Shown: in pieces, positions 39,942 through 51,196 of the stretch
How the letters are laid out: each line of letters opens with the position of its first letter
Position numbering within the stretch: the first letter of the stretch is position 1
NCBI GenBank assembly: GCA_963805625.1
Contig: CAWDVE010000016.1
Location: 160,001-224,000, forward strand
Origin: an uncultured Candidatus Rokubacteria bacterium
GTDB lineage: Bacteria > Methylomirabilota > Methylomirabilia > Rokubacteriales > DASRDR01
Direction of reading: 5' to 3'
DNA: 64,000 nt
Translations under genes and position numbers: made by a program
The notes under the pieces: model-generated
The model's database searches: none
Told to the model about the DNA's origin: nothing
What the model saw: the letters and a program-made list of their open reading frames with translations, nothing else

Positions 39942-42617
39942 GTGAAGCTCCGGGCGCATCTCGGCGCCTACCTCGCCTGTCTCGCTCTGATCGCGCTTTG
40001 GACGTGGCCCCTGGCCCACGATCCAGCGCACCTCGTTCCCGACAACACCGATCCCAGGCTGTTCAGCTGGGTGATGATCTCGGTGTTCCGGAATCTGCTC
40101 GCGCGCCCGTACCTCCTGCTCCACGGCAGCGGCTTCTATCCCTACGGCCTGAGCCTCACCTTCGCGGAGCCGCTGGTGACGCCGGCTCTGGTGGCGGGCC
40201 CCCTCTTCTGGTGGACGGGCAACCCGTACCTCGCCTACAATGTGACACTCCTGCTCTTCTGGGCCGCGTCCGGATGGGCGATGTATGCCGTCACGTACTG
40301 GATCACCCGTCGCCACGGGGCGGCGGCGGTCGCGATGCTGATCTTCACGCTCGCCCCGCCGCGGATCGAATACGCGGTCGAGTTCCAGATGGAGATCATG
40401 TTCGGGCTGCCGCTCGCGGTGTATGCCCTGGTGCGGTATCTCGAAGCGCAACGGCTCCGGTACTTGGTGGCCTTCCTCGTAGCCTTCTGGCTTCAGGCCA
40501 TCGCCGTCTGGTACTTCGCGGTCATCCTCGGTATGGGACTCGTCGTCCTCGCGCTCAGCTACGCCCTGCGCCGCTGGTCGGGCTGGCGCCCGGCGGCGCT
40601 GCTGACGGCCGGCGCCGGCGGGGTGGCGCTGAGCGTGGCGATGGCACCCGTCGCCTGGCCCTTTTTCGTGACACGCAGGGAGCTGGGCCTCGAGCGAAGC
40701 GCCGGGGACGCGTTGGACCGCTCGGCGAACGCACTCGCGTACCTGACGACCCAGGGAACCTGGCTGGCCAAGTTCGTACGCATCAACTTCGCGTCGGAGA
40801 CGACGCTGTTCCCGGGCCTTCTGGCGCTCGGGCTCGCCGCGCTGGCGACGGCCTGGATCTGCGCCGACAGGCGCACCGTGCCGCCGCGTGGATGGCCCGA
40901 GAGGCTGCTCTCCATCGCGATGGCGCTGAGCCTGGTCATCGGGGTGCTGACGGTCGGCGGTCACGGTCGGCTGAGGATTGGCTCCGCGTGGACCCGATTG
41001 CCCTCGGTCACGGCCTGCGGCGTCGGGCTGCTCGCGTGTCTGCTTCTGCGGGACGCGCTCGCGGGGTGGCGACGCTGGCGCGCGGGAATCAGCGACCGGC
41101 GCTTCACGCACGGGGAATGGGTGATCGCCCTGAGTTCCATGGGCTTCCTCGCGTTCCTCCTCTCGCTCGGCCCCATCGTGTGGGTCGGCGGCCGGCAGGC
41201 CGGGTTCGGCCTCTATCTATGGCTACACCCGTACGTGTTGCCCCTCCGGGCGATCCGCGGAACGACGCGCTTCGGCCTGCTGGTTCTCATGGTGGTGGCC
41301 CTTCTGGCAGGGCTCGGCACGGCGTGGCTCTTGAACCGGCTGTCGGGGACGCCCCGGTGGCTCGTGACAGCGGTCGTGGTCGGGGCCTTGACCCTCGACT
41401 ACGTCACGACGCCGCCCGACTACCAGCGAATCGAGACCTACGCGCGCCCCGTCGACGCGGTCCTCCGGGCGGATTCCGACGATGTCGCGGTGCTCGAGTG
41501 GCCCCTCAACAACCCGGGCGTCGACGTCGACGCCAAGCTCCGGTCGGTCGGGCACGGCCAGCGGGTCGTCAACGGCTTCGCCGGCTTCGTCCCCGACCTC
41601 CAGCGCGAACTGTCCGGGGTCCTGGCCGACGCCGCGCCACCGTTCGCGTCCTCGGCGGCCCGGACGGCCCTGGCCCGGATCTATCCGCTGCGCTATCTGG
41701 TCGTGCGCGACACCGCGGAGCGTCCCGGCCGCCCTCCCATGGGACAAGCACTTGCTGATCTGTCGGGGGGGTTCCTCCGCTTCCGTGGCACCCACGGGGA
41801 CGACGATCTCTACGAGATCGTGCCGCTGCCCGAGCGAGGCGTCGTGCTGGAGCGAGTCGCATCGTATGACCTCCTCGTGTCGCGACCCCACCTCCGGGCG
41901 GCGCTCCGACCTCTCCGGGCGCAGGCTGGCGTCCAGCAGCGGGTGAGTCTCACGCTCAACGGGGCGCCCGTAACCCGCACCGGCCTCGACAACACCACAA
42001 CCCTGTCGGCAACATTGAGTGGACCGCTCCGGCAGGCGGAGCCCAACGTGATCGCGTTCGAGTTCGAGTATCGGCGGAGCACCGCGGCGCTCGGCCCCGC
42101 GCACCGGCTGGGCGCGACGGGCGTGACGGTCCCTGTGGACGTCGTCGTGCGCAGCGGCGGTCAGCCGTACGGGGACACGGCCTCCATCCGCGTCGGGATG
42201 CGCGAAGTCGCGCCCAACCGGCGGGGCTACAACCTGGTCGCCCTCGAGCCGTCGGGAGCGATCCGGGACCGTGCCTCCTTCGACACTTTCGAGGATCCGA
42301 TGGCGAGCAGGGCGCTGGCGAGGTGGGTACGGGCCCTTGCCGCGGGCACGATCGTCCTGGGCGCCGTCAAGGACGAGGCGTCGGAGCAGCTCGACGCCGA
42401 TGCGGTCGGGGCTCTCGCCACCCTCGGGATCCAGGGGGACCTTCGTGGCCGCCGCCGGGAGTCCCACGCCTTCATCGGCGTGAAGGGCGCGCCGCCGCGC
42501 TCGGCCCTCCAGGCGCTGGGCCCGCGCCCCGTCGAGGTCCGGGTGGGAGAGCCCGGCGCGGCGTTCGGCCTCGAGCTCGTGGAGTTCCAGCTCGAGGCCG
42601 CGGTACCCGCGCGCTGA
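39942..42617 (+). CDS. GT-C-type membrane protein with C-terminal ILEI/PANDER-like domain
   Basis: DNTDPRLFSW, FYPYGLSLTFAE, LFPG, IRGTTRF, VNGFAGF. C-terminal RGYNLVAL...FDTF...VLGAVKDEAS...RESHAFIGVKG. Confidence 0.8.
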   Translation: MKLRAHLGAYLACLALIALWTWPLAHDPAHLVPDNTDPRLFSWVMISVFRNLLARPYLLLHGSGFYPYGLSLTFAEPLVTPALVAGPLFWWTGNPYLAYNVTLLLFWAASGWAMYAVTYWITRRHGAAAVAMLIFTLAPPRIEYAVEFQMEIMFGLPLAVYALVRYLEAQRLRYLVAFLVAFWLQAIAVWYFAVILGMGLVVLALSYALRRWSGWRPAALLTAGAGGVALSVAMAPVAWPFFVTRRELGLERSAGDALDRSANALAYLTTQGTWLAKFVRINFASETTLFPGLLALGLAALATAWICADRRTVPPRGWPERLLSIAMALSLVIGVLTVGGHGRLRIGSAWTRLPSVTACGVGLLACLLLRDALAGWRRWRAGISDRRFTHGEWVIALSSMGFLAFLLSLGPIVWVGGRQAGFGLYLWLHPYVLPLRAIRGTTRFGLLVLMVVALLAGLGTAWLLNRLSGTPRWLVTAVVVGALTLDYVTTPPDYQRIETYARPVDAVLRADSDDVAVLEWPLNNPGVDVDAKLRSVGHGQRVVNGFAGFVPDLQRELSGVLADAAPPFASSAARTALARIYPLRYLVVRDTAERPGRPPMGQALADLSGGFLRFRGTHGDDDLYEIVPLPERGVVLERVASYDLLVSRPHLRAALRPLRAQAGVQQRVSLTLNGAPVTRTGLDNTTTLSATLSGPLRQAEPNVIAFEFEYRRSTAALGPAHRLGATGVTVPVDVVVRSGGQPYGDTASIRVGMREVAPNRRGYNLVALEPSGAIRDRASFDTFEDPMASRALARWVRALAAGTIVLGAVKDEASEQLDADAVGALATLGIQGDLRGRRRESHAFIGVKGAPPRSALQALGPRPVEVRVGEPGAAFGLELVEFQLEAAVPAR

Positions 42618-42637
42618 CGCGGGCCGGCCGGGGCTGC

Positions 42638-45094
42638 CTACCGGGGAGTGACCGTGATGCGATCGAAGAACACGCCCACGTCACCGAGGAAGGCGACGGG
42701 AAACTCGAGGACCCTCGGCCGATCGAGCGTGAAGTCGAGCGTCACCTCTCGGTAGTCGCCGGGCGGCGCCTCGGTCGCTTCCACCACGCGCGAGGCCAGG
42801 GTCCGCCCCGCGGGCTCCGTGACCGAGAGACGCACGAGCGGGCCCCGGCCGATTCCCGCAGCGCGGAGCCGCAGGGCGAGCTGGTACCGGCCGGCGGGGA
42901 ACAGCCGCGCGGGCCCGCCCAGGAGATCCCCTCGAAGGCTTTCGACGGGGTCGGCGTAGGCCGCCCAGCCGCCCGAGGCGGCCGGGTCCGCTCGCTCTCC
43001 CAGGCGGTGAGGCAGTGCTTCCACCTCGTACGTGCGCTCGACCTCCGGACGATCCGCGGCCACGACGAGCACCCAGTCCACCGCGGCGTCACGCCGCCCG
43101 TCCCACGCGACCCGGAGCTCGAGCGGCCGGGCGTGCTCCACCCGGAACGGCAGGACCTCGTCGACCCAGTCTGGGCCAGGATCCACCGCGCGCTCGGCGA
43201 GGACCCGTTCGCCGAAGTTGCTCGTGACGTCGAGGCGAAGACCGGACCCGCGGACGCGAAAGCGCGCGACGTAGGCGCCGGCCGGAAGCGTGCGATAGGG
43301 CCCGAACGTGAGGAACCCCGCCGCGGCGCCGGGCCGCCCGGCGACGACGCGGCCGCCCGAGGCCTCCGGGGTGTCCACCACGGCCCCCGTCTCGTGATTC
43401 TGGCGCTCCGCCTCGTAGAACACGCCCACCGACGACGTTTGCCTGTTCGAGGCGGGCGCGCCAACGGTGACCCGGAACAGTGCAAGCGGTCCGGCGACTT
43501 GCTGGAGCGCCAGGACTCCGGAGGCGCGGAGGCGCTCGACCGTGAACGCGGACGGGTAGGGCGAGACCTGGGGCGGGAAACCGGCGCGGTCGACGACGAC
43601 GTGGGAGATGTCCAGCCGGCGGAGCGCCTCGGCCTCGCCGGCCGCGAGATCCCCGACGTTCATGGCCTCGAGCGGCTCGAAGACAGTATCGACGTACCGC
43701 CGCGGCACGAGCGGCGAGTAACCGTTGATCATGGGGATCCGCGTCCACGTGACCGCGTAAAGGTAGAGCCCCGATTGGGCGCTGTCGCCGGGCCAGACCG
43801 GGAGATACAGCACGCGGGAGGCCTCGCGGCGGAGCGTCTCGTACACCGGGCTGTCACCGAAGCGCGAGAAGGCGATGCCGTGCCAGGGCGGCGTCGCGAT
43901 GAGGACGAGGGCGAGGAGCCCGCCGAGCACGCCGACCCGCCCGGGGCCGGGTTTCGCGCCGCGGCCGTCCAGGACGGCCCGGGCGCCGAGCCCCGCCAGC
44001 ACGACCGTGGCCACGCTCGTCACGAGCAGGAGCTTCTCGGGGTTCCGGATCATCCCGAAGAACGGGACGAAGCGGTGGAGCGCCTGGTACAGCGAGAACC
44101 GCGGAATCGTGGGCCCCAGGCTCAGGAGGAGACCGAGGGCGAGCGCCGTTCCGTAGAGGAGTCGGAGCCCCGCGTCTCCGGGGCGCCCCCGGGCTCCGAG
44201 GCCGACGACCGCCAGCGCGGCGAGCACGAGCCCGCCGTAGCGCGCCGGGTCGGCGAGGGCACGAAGACCCGGAGAGAACAGTCGAATCTCGTCGAGCCCC
44301 CGTCCGGCGTCGGCGATCGAACCGGCCACGAACGTCTGGCGCAGCATGAGGACCCAGCCCGCGGCGACGAGGGCCAGGACGGCGAAGGTCAGGAGGGGCG
44401 CGAGTGGGAGCCGCCGGCCCGGCCCGATCGCGACTCGCATGCCCGAGTGCGCCAGGGCCAGGCCTCCGGCGAGATACGTGTACTGCGGCTCCAGCATGGC
44501 CAGCGCGATCAGCGCCGCGCCGCCGCCCACGCCGCCGCCGACCCGCCCGTCCCGGAGCGCCACGTCGAGCCCCCATAGCACCGCAGGCACGAGAGCCATG
44601 GCGAAGCCTGCCGGATGCCCCCCGAAGAGCGGCCCGGTCCTCGCCGGGAGAAGGGCGAAGCCGATTCCCGCGACGACCGCCGCGGCCGGATCGCCCGTCA
44701 AACGCCGTGCGAGCCCGTAGGCGGCCAGACCGGCCGCGGGGAACGAGAGGAGGACGAGCAGGTTGTAGGCCGTGTGGGGGCCGAGCACCGACAAGACGGT
44801 GAAGGGGAGCGCCAGGGGCAGGAAAGCTTGCGGCAGGTTCCAGCGCGGGCCGTTCACGCGGAACTGGTACGGATCGGTGAACAGCGGAGTCGGGCCCAGG
44901 AGCCCGTCACGGACGAGCCAGAACTGGTAGTAGAGCTGGAGCGTGTCGGCGGGCACCCGCGTGAGAACCGACAGCTCGACGAGCTGGCGCGCCCCGACCG
45001 GCAACCCGCGCGTGATCTCGGCGGGGAGAGGCCGGGAGACGACGAGCGCGGCGCCGAGGGAGACCGCCGCCACCGTCAGGGCGGCCCACCTCAC
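42638..45094 (-). CDS. GT-C-type membrane protein with two C-terminal CBM-like modules
   Basis: DTLQLYYQFW, DPYQF, AYNLL, IRNPEK, WPGDSA, MINGYS; repeats YEAE...ASGG...FGPY..LPAG.Y. Confidence 0.8.
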   Translation of the reverse strand: MRWAALTVAAVSLGAALVVSRPLPAEITRGLPVGARQLVELSVLTRVPADTLQLYYQFWLVRDGLLGPTPLFTDPYQFRVNGPRWNLPQAFLPLALPFTVLSVLGPHTAYNLLVLLSFPAAGLAAYGLARRLTGDPAAAVVAGIGFALLPARTGPLFGGHPAGFAMALVPAVLWGLDVALRDGRVGGGVGGGAALIALAMLEPQYTYLAGGLALAHSGMRVAIGPGRRLPLAPLLTFAVLALVAAGWVLMLRQTFVAGSIADAGRGLDEIRLFSPGLRALADPARYGGLVLAALAVVGLGARGRPGDAGLRLLYGTALALGLLLSLGPTIPRFSLYQALHRFVPFFGMIRNPEKLLLVTSVATVVLAGLGARAVLDGRGAKPGPGRVGVLGGLLALVLIATPPWHGIAFSRFGDSPVYETLRREASRVLYLPVWPGDSAQSGLYLYAVTWTRIPMINGYSPLVPRRYVDTVFEPLEAMNVGDLAAGEAEALRRLDISHVVVDRAGFPPQVSPYPSAFTVERLRASGVLALQQVAGPLALFRVTVGAPASNRQTSSVGVFYEAERQNHETGAVVDTPEASGGRVVAGRPGAAAGFLTFGPYRTLPAGAYVARFRVRGSGLRLDVTSNFGERVLAERAVDPGPDWVDEVLPFRVEHARPLELRVAWDGRRDAAVDWVLVVAADRPEVERTYEVEALPHRLGERADPAASGGWAAYADPVESLRGDLLGGPARLFPAGRYQLALRLRAAGIGRGPLVRLSVTEPAGRTLASRVVEATEAPPGDYREVTLDFTLDRPRVLEFPVAFLGDVGVFFDRITVTPR

Positions 45095-48040
45095 GCCGGA
45101 CCCTCGAGGCGCTCAATCCGGAGCCGATCGAACCAGACGCCCACGCCGCCGCGGTACGCGCACGGAAACTCGAGCACGGCGGGCCGCGGCACGGTGAAGG
45201 GCACGGCCAGCTCCACGTACCGTCCAGGTTCCGGGACCTCGGCGCCCACGAGCTCACGCCCGGCCAGCTCCCCGCCGCGCGAGGCGAGCTCGGCCCCGCA
45301 CCGCGCGAACGCACCCGCGACAGGCTGGTCGAGCTTCAACCGCACCCAGAGGCGGTAGCGGCCGGGCGGATAGCGGCGGAGGGGACCGGTCCACACGGCG
45401 TCGCGGACGGTGCGCCCCGGCGTCGCGTAGCCGGCGGCGCCGCCAGAGGCGTTGGGGTCCGGTCGCTCCTGGAGCTCGTGGCCCAGCACCTCCACTTCGA
45501 AGAGCGAGGCCGGGTCCGCCTCGGCCGCGAACGCCACGGTGACCGAGTCCACCGCGACCCAGCCCTGCCCGTCCCATCGGGCGCGATACTCGATCGGGGT
45601 GGGGGCCGTCAGCGTGAACGACGTCGGCACCTCCACGAACGCTCCATCGGCCAGGTAGAATCCCGGCACGACCGAGCGTCGCGCGCCCGCCCTGCGTGGT
45701 GACCTGGAGGTCCACCCGGCTGCCCGACGCCCTTCAGCCGGAACCGGGCCCGGTACTCGCCGGGCGGCAGCAGCCGGTACGGGCCGAACATGACGAACCC
45801 TGGCCGGTCCACGCCGCTCTCGGGCGAGGCTCACTCGGCCGTTCGACGCGTCGGGGTCGTCGACGACGCGGCCGGTGTCGCGCCCGAGCGACTCGGCCTC
45901 CCAGAAGATGCCGAGCGGGCTCGTGGGTGGCGGCGCCGGGGGCACCGCGCGGGGCGTGTCCCGGACGCGGAACACGCGGAGCGTCCAGTCGCCGGCCGGC
46001 GTCTCGACGGGATCGAGATAGGGCGAGGCCCGGAGGTAGGCGAGGGCCAGCGCCGGGCCGAAGGCGCTCACCTTCAGCGGGAAGGCGTCCCGGTCGAGGA
46101 TCACCTGACGCACGCCGTATCGGCGCAGCATCCTGGGCCTCGGCCTCGCCGACCACGCCGAGGTTCACGGTCTCGAGCGGGCGGTAGACGTCGGTGAGGA
46201 ACGAGCGGTCGAGCCAGGCGGAGTAGCCGTTCAGCATCGGGACGCGCGTGAGCGTCGTCGCGTAGAGATAGAGCCCGGAGTAGGCGCTGTCGCCGGGCCA
46301 GAACGGGATCCAGAGCGCGCGCGGCCCCTCGGCCCGGATCGTCGCGAACTCGGGCCCGCCTCCGGGGAGACCGCTGACGCCGGTGGGCCGCCACGGGTGG
46401 TAGTCCACCGCGACCAGGAGGCCGAGCCCGAGCGCGACAGCGCCCCGGAGGACGCGGCCGCGCCGGCGCGTCAGGGCGTCCGCCCCCACCGCCCCCAGCA
46501 CGGCGAGGGCGAGGGCCACGAGGACCTGGGCCTTGGCCGGCTGGCGGATGAAGTTCCACGAGGGAACGAGGCGGAACGCGACTTCGAACAGGGGGAGTGC
46601 CTCCAGCCGGGGGCCGAGCGACACGATGATGCCCGCCACCAGCAGCGGCGCGAAGACCCAGAGCATCCGGCGCATGCCCGCCGGCCGTTGCCGCGCCAGC
46701 GCGACCACGGCGAGAACGGCCAGCGTGAGCGCCACGACGCCGGGATACACGGTCCGCCCGGAGGCCACGTTGACCCGGGTGAAGAGGTCCTCGGGGGTTG
46801 GCGAGAAGAGCAGCACCTCGTGGAGCGTCCGGCCGGCGCCCGACACGGACCGGTTCAGCAGGAGCCGCTGCAAGAGCAGGAGGAAGCCGCCGGCCGCCAG
46901 GCCGCCGCCGACGGCGAGCGCCACCGGGATCACCGGGAGTCTGGGAGACCACCACCGCCGCCACCCGGCGAGGAGCCACGCCCCGTGGACGAGGAGTGGC
47001 AGGGCGAGTGCGGCCGCGACGAGCCGCCCGCGGCCGGTCACGGCCGCGGCGGCGAGGAGCCACGGCAGGCACGCCATGAGGCTCCGGCGCGCGGCCGGGC
47101 GCGGATCCGTCACGACGCCGGCCGCGAGGAGCCAGGCCGCCAGCGCCTGCCAGATCGCGAGCGCGAGGAGCGTGACCACCGCACCGATCGCGAGGTCCAC
47201 GGACAGCGGGTCCTGCCAGCCCTGGCGCGCGAGGGCGCCGAGCGCTCCGTAGGCGAGGGCGACGGCGATAGCACCCGCGGCCAGCCAGGCCCCGGGGCCG
47301 ATGACCAGGAGCTCCCGTCGCCACGCGGGAAGCCCGACGCGCGCCAGCACGTAGAGCGGCAGGCCGAGGGCGGCGAAGTACGCGAAGTGGGGTTCCATCA
47401 GGGCGAGTCCGAGGAGCGCGCCGCCCGCCGCGAGGCCGCTCCCGAGCGATCCCGCCAGCGCGCCCTCGACCCCCCACAGGACGAGCGGGACCAGCGGATA
47501 CGCGAGGCCCGCGGGATGCCCGCCGAGCAAGGCGCCTACCCGGTAGGGCGCGCAGGCGAAGACCACCCCGGCGACGAACGCACCGGCCTGCGAGACGCCG
47601 TAGCGCCGGGCGAGAAGCGCCGCGGCCATGCCGGCGAACGGGAAGGACAGGAGGACGAGGGCGTTGTAGGCGAACCGGTGGCCGAGCGCGGAGAGCGGGA
47701 CGAAGAGAAGGGCGGCCGGCAAGAAGATGTTCGGGAGGTTCGCCCGAGGCCCGTCGATCGCGAACTGGTAGGGGTCCTTCAGGAAGGAGGCCCCCGACAG
47801 CAGGCGCTCCTCGACGAGCCACAGGTAGTAGTAGAACTGCAGGTAGTCGCCCTGGACGCCATAGACGAGCTCGCGGCCGGGGGTCGGCACGGCGGCGTAC
47901 GGCAACGCGTGGCGGAGGTGCCGGACCAAGGGCGCCGTGAAGATGACGCCGAGGAGCTGGAACAGGAGGAAGAGGGTGACCGCGGCGCCGCGCCCGAAGC
48001 GCGGGAGGCTAGCGCTCCTCGAGGCAGGTCCGGTAGACAT
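45091..48040 (-). CDS. Paralogous GT-C-type membrane protein with CBM-like modules; several frameshifts (~46130, ~45820, ~45720, ~45660)
   Basis: DYLQFYYYLW, DPYQF, IRQPAK, WPGDSAYSGLYLY, MLNGYS. The C-terminus (WEAE...DASNG...FGPYRLLPPGEY) is spread over adjacent frames. Confidence 0.75.
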
Positions 48041-49179
48041 CGACGAGCCGCCTGCCCAGCGCCGGCCACCCGAAGTGGGCGACGGCGCGCTCACGGAGCG
48101 CCTGACCTCGGAGCTTCTGCTCGTGGGGATCGCGAAGGAGCCCGGCCAGGGCGGCCGTGAGCGCCGGGACGTCCCGCATCGGCGCGAAGACGCCAGCCTC
48201 CCCGAGGAGCTCGCGGGAGACCGGGCCGTCGTAGGCGACCGAGGGAAGTCCCATCGCCATGTAGTTGAGCAGCTTGCCGTTGGCCTCCGTGCTGACGTGC
48301 TTCGGGCTCACCGCGACGTCCCCGAGGGCGAGGTAGCGGGGAGTCTCCCCGTAGTCGATCCGGCCCGTCAGCGTGACCGAGCCCGGCGGCGTCAGCTCGG
48401 CGGCGCGGGCGCGATACCGCTCGACGTTCGGGTGTCCCATGAGGAGGAGGTGGGCGTCGGGGACGGCGCCCATGACCGTGGGCCACGCGGCAAGCAGATC
48501 CTCGATGCCCTGGTACTCGGTGAGGACGCCCAGGAAGACCACGACCCGCTTGCCGACGAGCCCGAGCCGCTCGCGGAGGTCGTCGGGGGCCGGCCCGGGC
48601 CGGAGAAACTCGGGGTCGATGCCGTCCGCGAGCAGCACCACCCGCTTCCGCGGGATCCGCCAGACCTCGACCAGCTCCCGGGCGAAGTTCGCGGACGAAG
48701 GCAGGAGCCGGGCCGGCCAGCGGAGCACCCACCGCTCCAGGCGGCGCAGCGACGCCGGAAGCGGCCCCCGCGCGGCCAGGTGCCCGTGCGCGATCATCTC
48801 GTCGGCGACGCTGCCCTGGAGGTCGGCCACCGCGGGCCGCCCGATGAGCCGGCCGACGACCGACGCGATCGCGGCGCCCTCGTGGAGGTGGCCGTGGAGC
48901 ACGTCCGGCCGGAAGCGCCGTGCGGCCCGGAGCGTCGTCCCGAGGAGTAGCCCGTCCAAGTACGGTCGGTGGGGCGAGAACCCGATGGGCAGCGTCCGCA
49001 CCCACGGTACGCGTGGCGCGCGGACCGTCGGGACTTCCGGATGGTCACGCCCGACGGCGTACGTGGCCAGCGAGGGTCTCGACGCCGAGGCCGCGGAGGA
49101 CCCGGACCTCCTCGAGGATCCGGATGTGGCATCCGCGGTCCCCGAAGAACGGTGTCGGGGCGACCATCAGCACGCGCAT
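48009..49179 (-). CDS. GT4 glycosyltransferase (single +1 frameshift near 49071)
   Basis: ATG 49179 gives MRVLMVAPTPFFGDRGCHIRILEE; after one extra base it joins the ORF with HGHLHEG, YQGIEDL and EANGKLLNYMAMG. Confidence 0.85.
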
Positions 49180-49230
49180 CAGCGCCTCATTGTAGCAGAG
49201 CGTTGCCGCGCGCCCGGCGGCTCGCGCGGG

Positions 49231-50121
49231 TCAGTCGGCGAGGTGCCCCTTGGCGTGGAGGTAGGCGTCCAGCGCCTCGGGCCACGGGCGGAGCGGCGGG
49301 AGCCCGAGCGCGGCCGCGCGAGTGTTGGCGAGGACCGAGTAAGGCGGCCGCGGCGCCGGCGCCTTGGCCCTGTACGCCGCGCTCGTCGTCGGCCTGAGGT
49401 TCGGTGAGAGCCGGCAGAGCTTGAAGATGCGGCTGGCGAATTCGAACCAGGAGCAGGCGCCCGCGTTGGTGAGGTGGTAGATCCCCCCCGGGGGATTCAC
49501 GGCGACGAGCGCGCTGATGGCCTCCGCCAGATCGGCCGTGTAGGTCGGGCCCAGGATCTGATCCTCGACGACCTGGATGTCGCCGCCCTGGTGGGCGAGC
49601 CGTCGCATCGTCTCGACGAAATTGCCCCCCTTGCCCGCGGACCCGGCAACCCCGTAGAGGCCGGAGGATCGGACGACGACGTGGTCCGGGCTCGCGTCGC
49701 GGACCCGGCGTTCGCCGGCCAATTTCGATGCGCCATAGACGCTCAGCGGCGCGGGCGGAGCCTCCTCCGTGTACGGCCGTGGAGGGTTGCCAGGGAGGTC
49801 CCCGCCGAAGACGTAATCCGTGCTGAGATGGAGAAGCCGCGCGCCGCGGTGCGTGCAGGCCTGGGCCAGGTGACCGACGGCAACCTCGTTGACGGCTAAC
49901 GCCAGCGACGCGTCCTTCGTCTCGATGTCGTCGACCCGGTGGTACGCGGCCGTGTTGATCACCCACGCGGGGGCATGGGTCGCGAGGGCCCGCTCCACGG
50001 CCCCCTGGTCGGTGACGTCGAGATCGGCCCGGGTGAGCGGGATCAGCGCCGCCGCGGGCAGCGTGCGGCGGAGGTCGGTGCCGAGCTGGCCGTTCGCTCC
50101 GATGAGGAGGATGCGCTCCAC
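49231..50121 (-). CDS. rfbD: dTDP-4-dehydrorhamnose reductase
   Basis: GANGQLG, NTAAYH.VD, STDYVF, YGASKLAGE, DQILGPT, RPPYSVL. Confidence 0.92.
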   Translation of the reverse strand: MERILLIGANGQLGTDLRRTLPAAALIPLTRADLDVTDQGAVERALATHAPAWVINTAAYHRVDDIETKDASLALAVNEVAVGHLAQACTHRGARLLHLSTDYVFGGDLPGNPPRPYTEEAPPAPLSVYGASKLAGERRVRDASPDHVVVRSSGLYGVAGSAGKGGNFVETMRRLAHQGGDIQVVEDQILGPTYTADLAEAISALVAVNPPGGIYHLTNAGACSWFEFASRIFKLCRLSPNLRPTTSAAYRAKAPAPRPPYSVLANTRAAALGLPPLRPWPEALDAYLHAKGHLAD

Positions 50122-50130
50122 GACCCCATG

Positions 50131-51195
50131 CTACTGCGGAAGCGGGGTCGAGGGGGCGTCGAGCACCGAGCCGGGGGTACCCGCGGCCTTGCGATCCTCC
50201 TCGAGGAGCTGGATCCAGCGGATGTTGTAGTAGCGCGGGTTCTCGAGATCCGTCCGGCCGTCGGCCTGGATGCGCTGCACCATGTCGGTGACCGAGTCCT
50301 CGATCGAGACCTTCGGGCGGAAATTCAGGACGCGCCCGATCTTGTCGCCCGAGACCCGGTAGTTGCGCACGCTGCCGTGGTGGTAGTCGGGCCGGATGTC
50401 GACGTCGATCCCGAGGCGTCGCAGCGCCTCCTGCACGCGGAGGGCGAGCTCGGAGATGCGCAGGTTCCGGTAGCAGAGGTTGAAGACTTCGCCCCGCACC
50501 GCCGCGTCCTCCGCCTCGACCAGGGCGATATAGGCCTGGGCGGTGTCCCTGACGTCCACGAGAGGCCGCCACATCTCCCCACCGTGGTGGAGCGTGAGCC
50601 GGCGGTGGATGAGGGCGTCCCGGACGAAGGTGTTGACCACGAGGTCATAGCGCATCCGGGGCGAGTAGCCGTAGATCGTGCCCTTCCGGAGGGCGACGGG
50701 GCAGAAGTCCTCGCCGGCCATGGGGAGGACTTCGCGCTCCGCGTCGTACTTTGACAGAGAGTAGGGGGCGCGCGGCGCAACCGGGGCGGCCTCGTCCTGC
50801 AGCACGTCCGCGCCCTCGTCCAGCACCCCGCAGTCGTAGATCGAGCAGGACGAGGCGAGGACGTAGCGCCGCACGCCCTCCGCCTTGCAGAGCCGCGCGA
50901 GCGCGGCCGTCGCCACGGTGTTCATCTCGTGGTTGGCCCGCGGGTTGTACTCCGCGGTCGGATCATTCGACAGGCCACCGACGTTCACGACGGCGTCGAC
51001 GCCCTCCAGCACCCGAGGGGAGACCGCGCGCATATCCGCCTCGACCAGCTCGATCCGATCGCGCACGCCCCGGAGGCCGCTGTCCCCGAAGTAGAGGCGG
51101 TCGAGCACGCGCACGGTGTAGCCGCGCTGCAGGAGCTCCTCGGTGAGGACCGAGCCCACGTACCCCGCGCCGCCGACGACGAGGATCCGTCGCAC
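50131..51195 (-). CDS. NAD-dependent epimerase/dehydratase
   Basis: GGAGYVG, LSNDP, ASSCSIY, YSLSK, SPRMRYDLVVN, WRPLVDV.D. Confidence 0.92.
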   Translation of the reverse strand: MRRILVVGGAGYVGSVLTEELLQRGYTVRVLDRLYFGDSGLRGVRDRIELVEADMRAVSPRVLEGVDAVVNVGGLSNDPTAEYNPRANHEMNTVATAALARLCKAEGVRRYVLASSCSIYDCGVLDEGADVLQDEAAPVAPRAPYSLSKYDAEREVLPMAGEDFCPVALRKGTIYGYSPRMRYDLVVNTFVRDALIHRRLTLHHGGEMWRPLVDVRDTAQAYIALVEAEDAAVRGEVFNLCYRNLRISELALRVQEALRRLGIDVDIRPDYHHGSVRNYRVSGDKIGRVLNFRPKVSIEDSVTDMVQRIQADGRTDLENPRYYNIRWIQLLEEDRKAAGTPGSVLDAPSTPLPQ

Positions 51196-51196
51196 C

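Noticed and set aside
45091-49179. Programmed frameshifting or phase variation in the GT-C and GT4 genes
   Set aside because: The indels are not at obvious slippery or homopolymer tracts, and similar indels occur in unrelated genes (5913-6963, 16001-16644), pointing to sequencing error.
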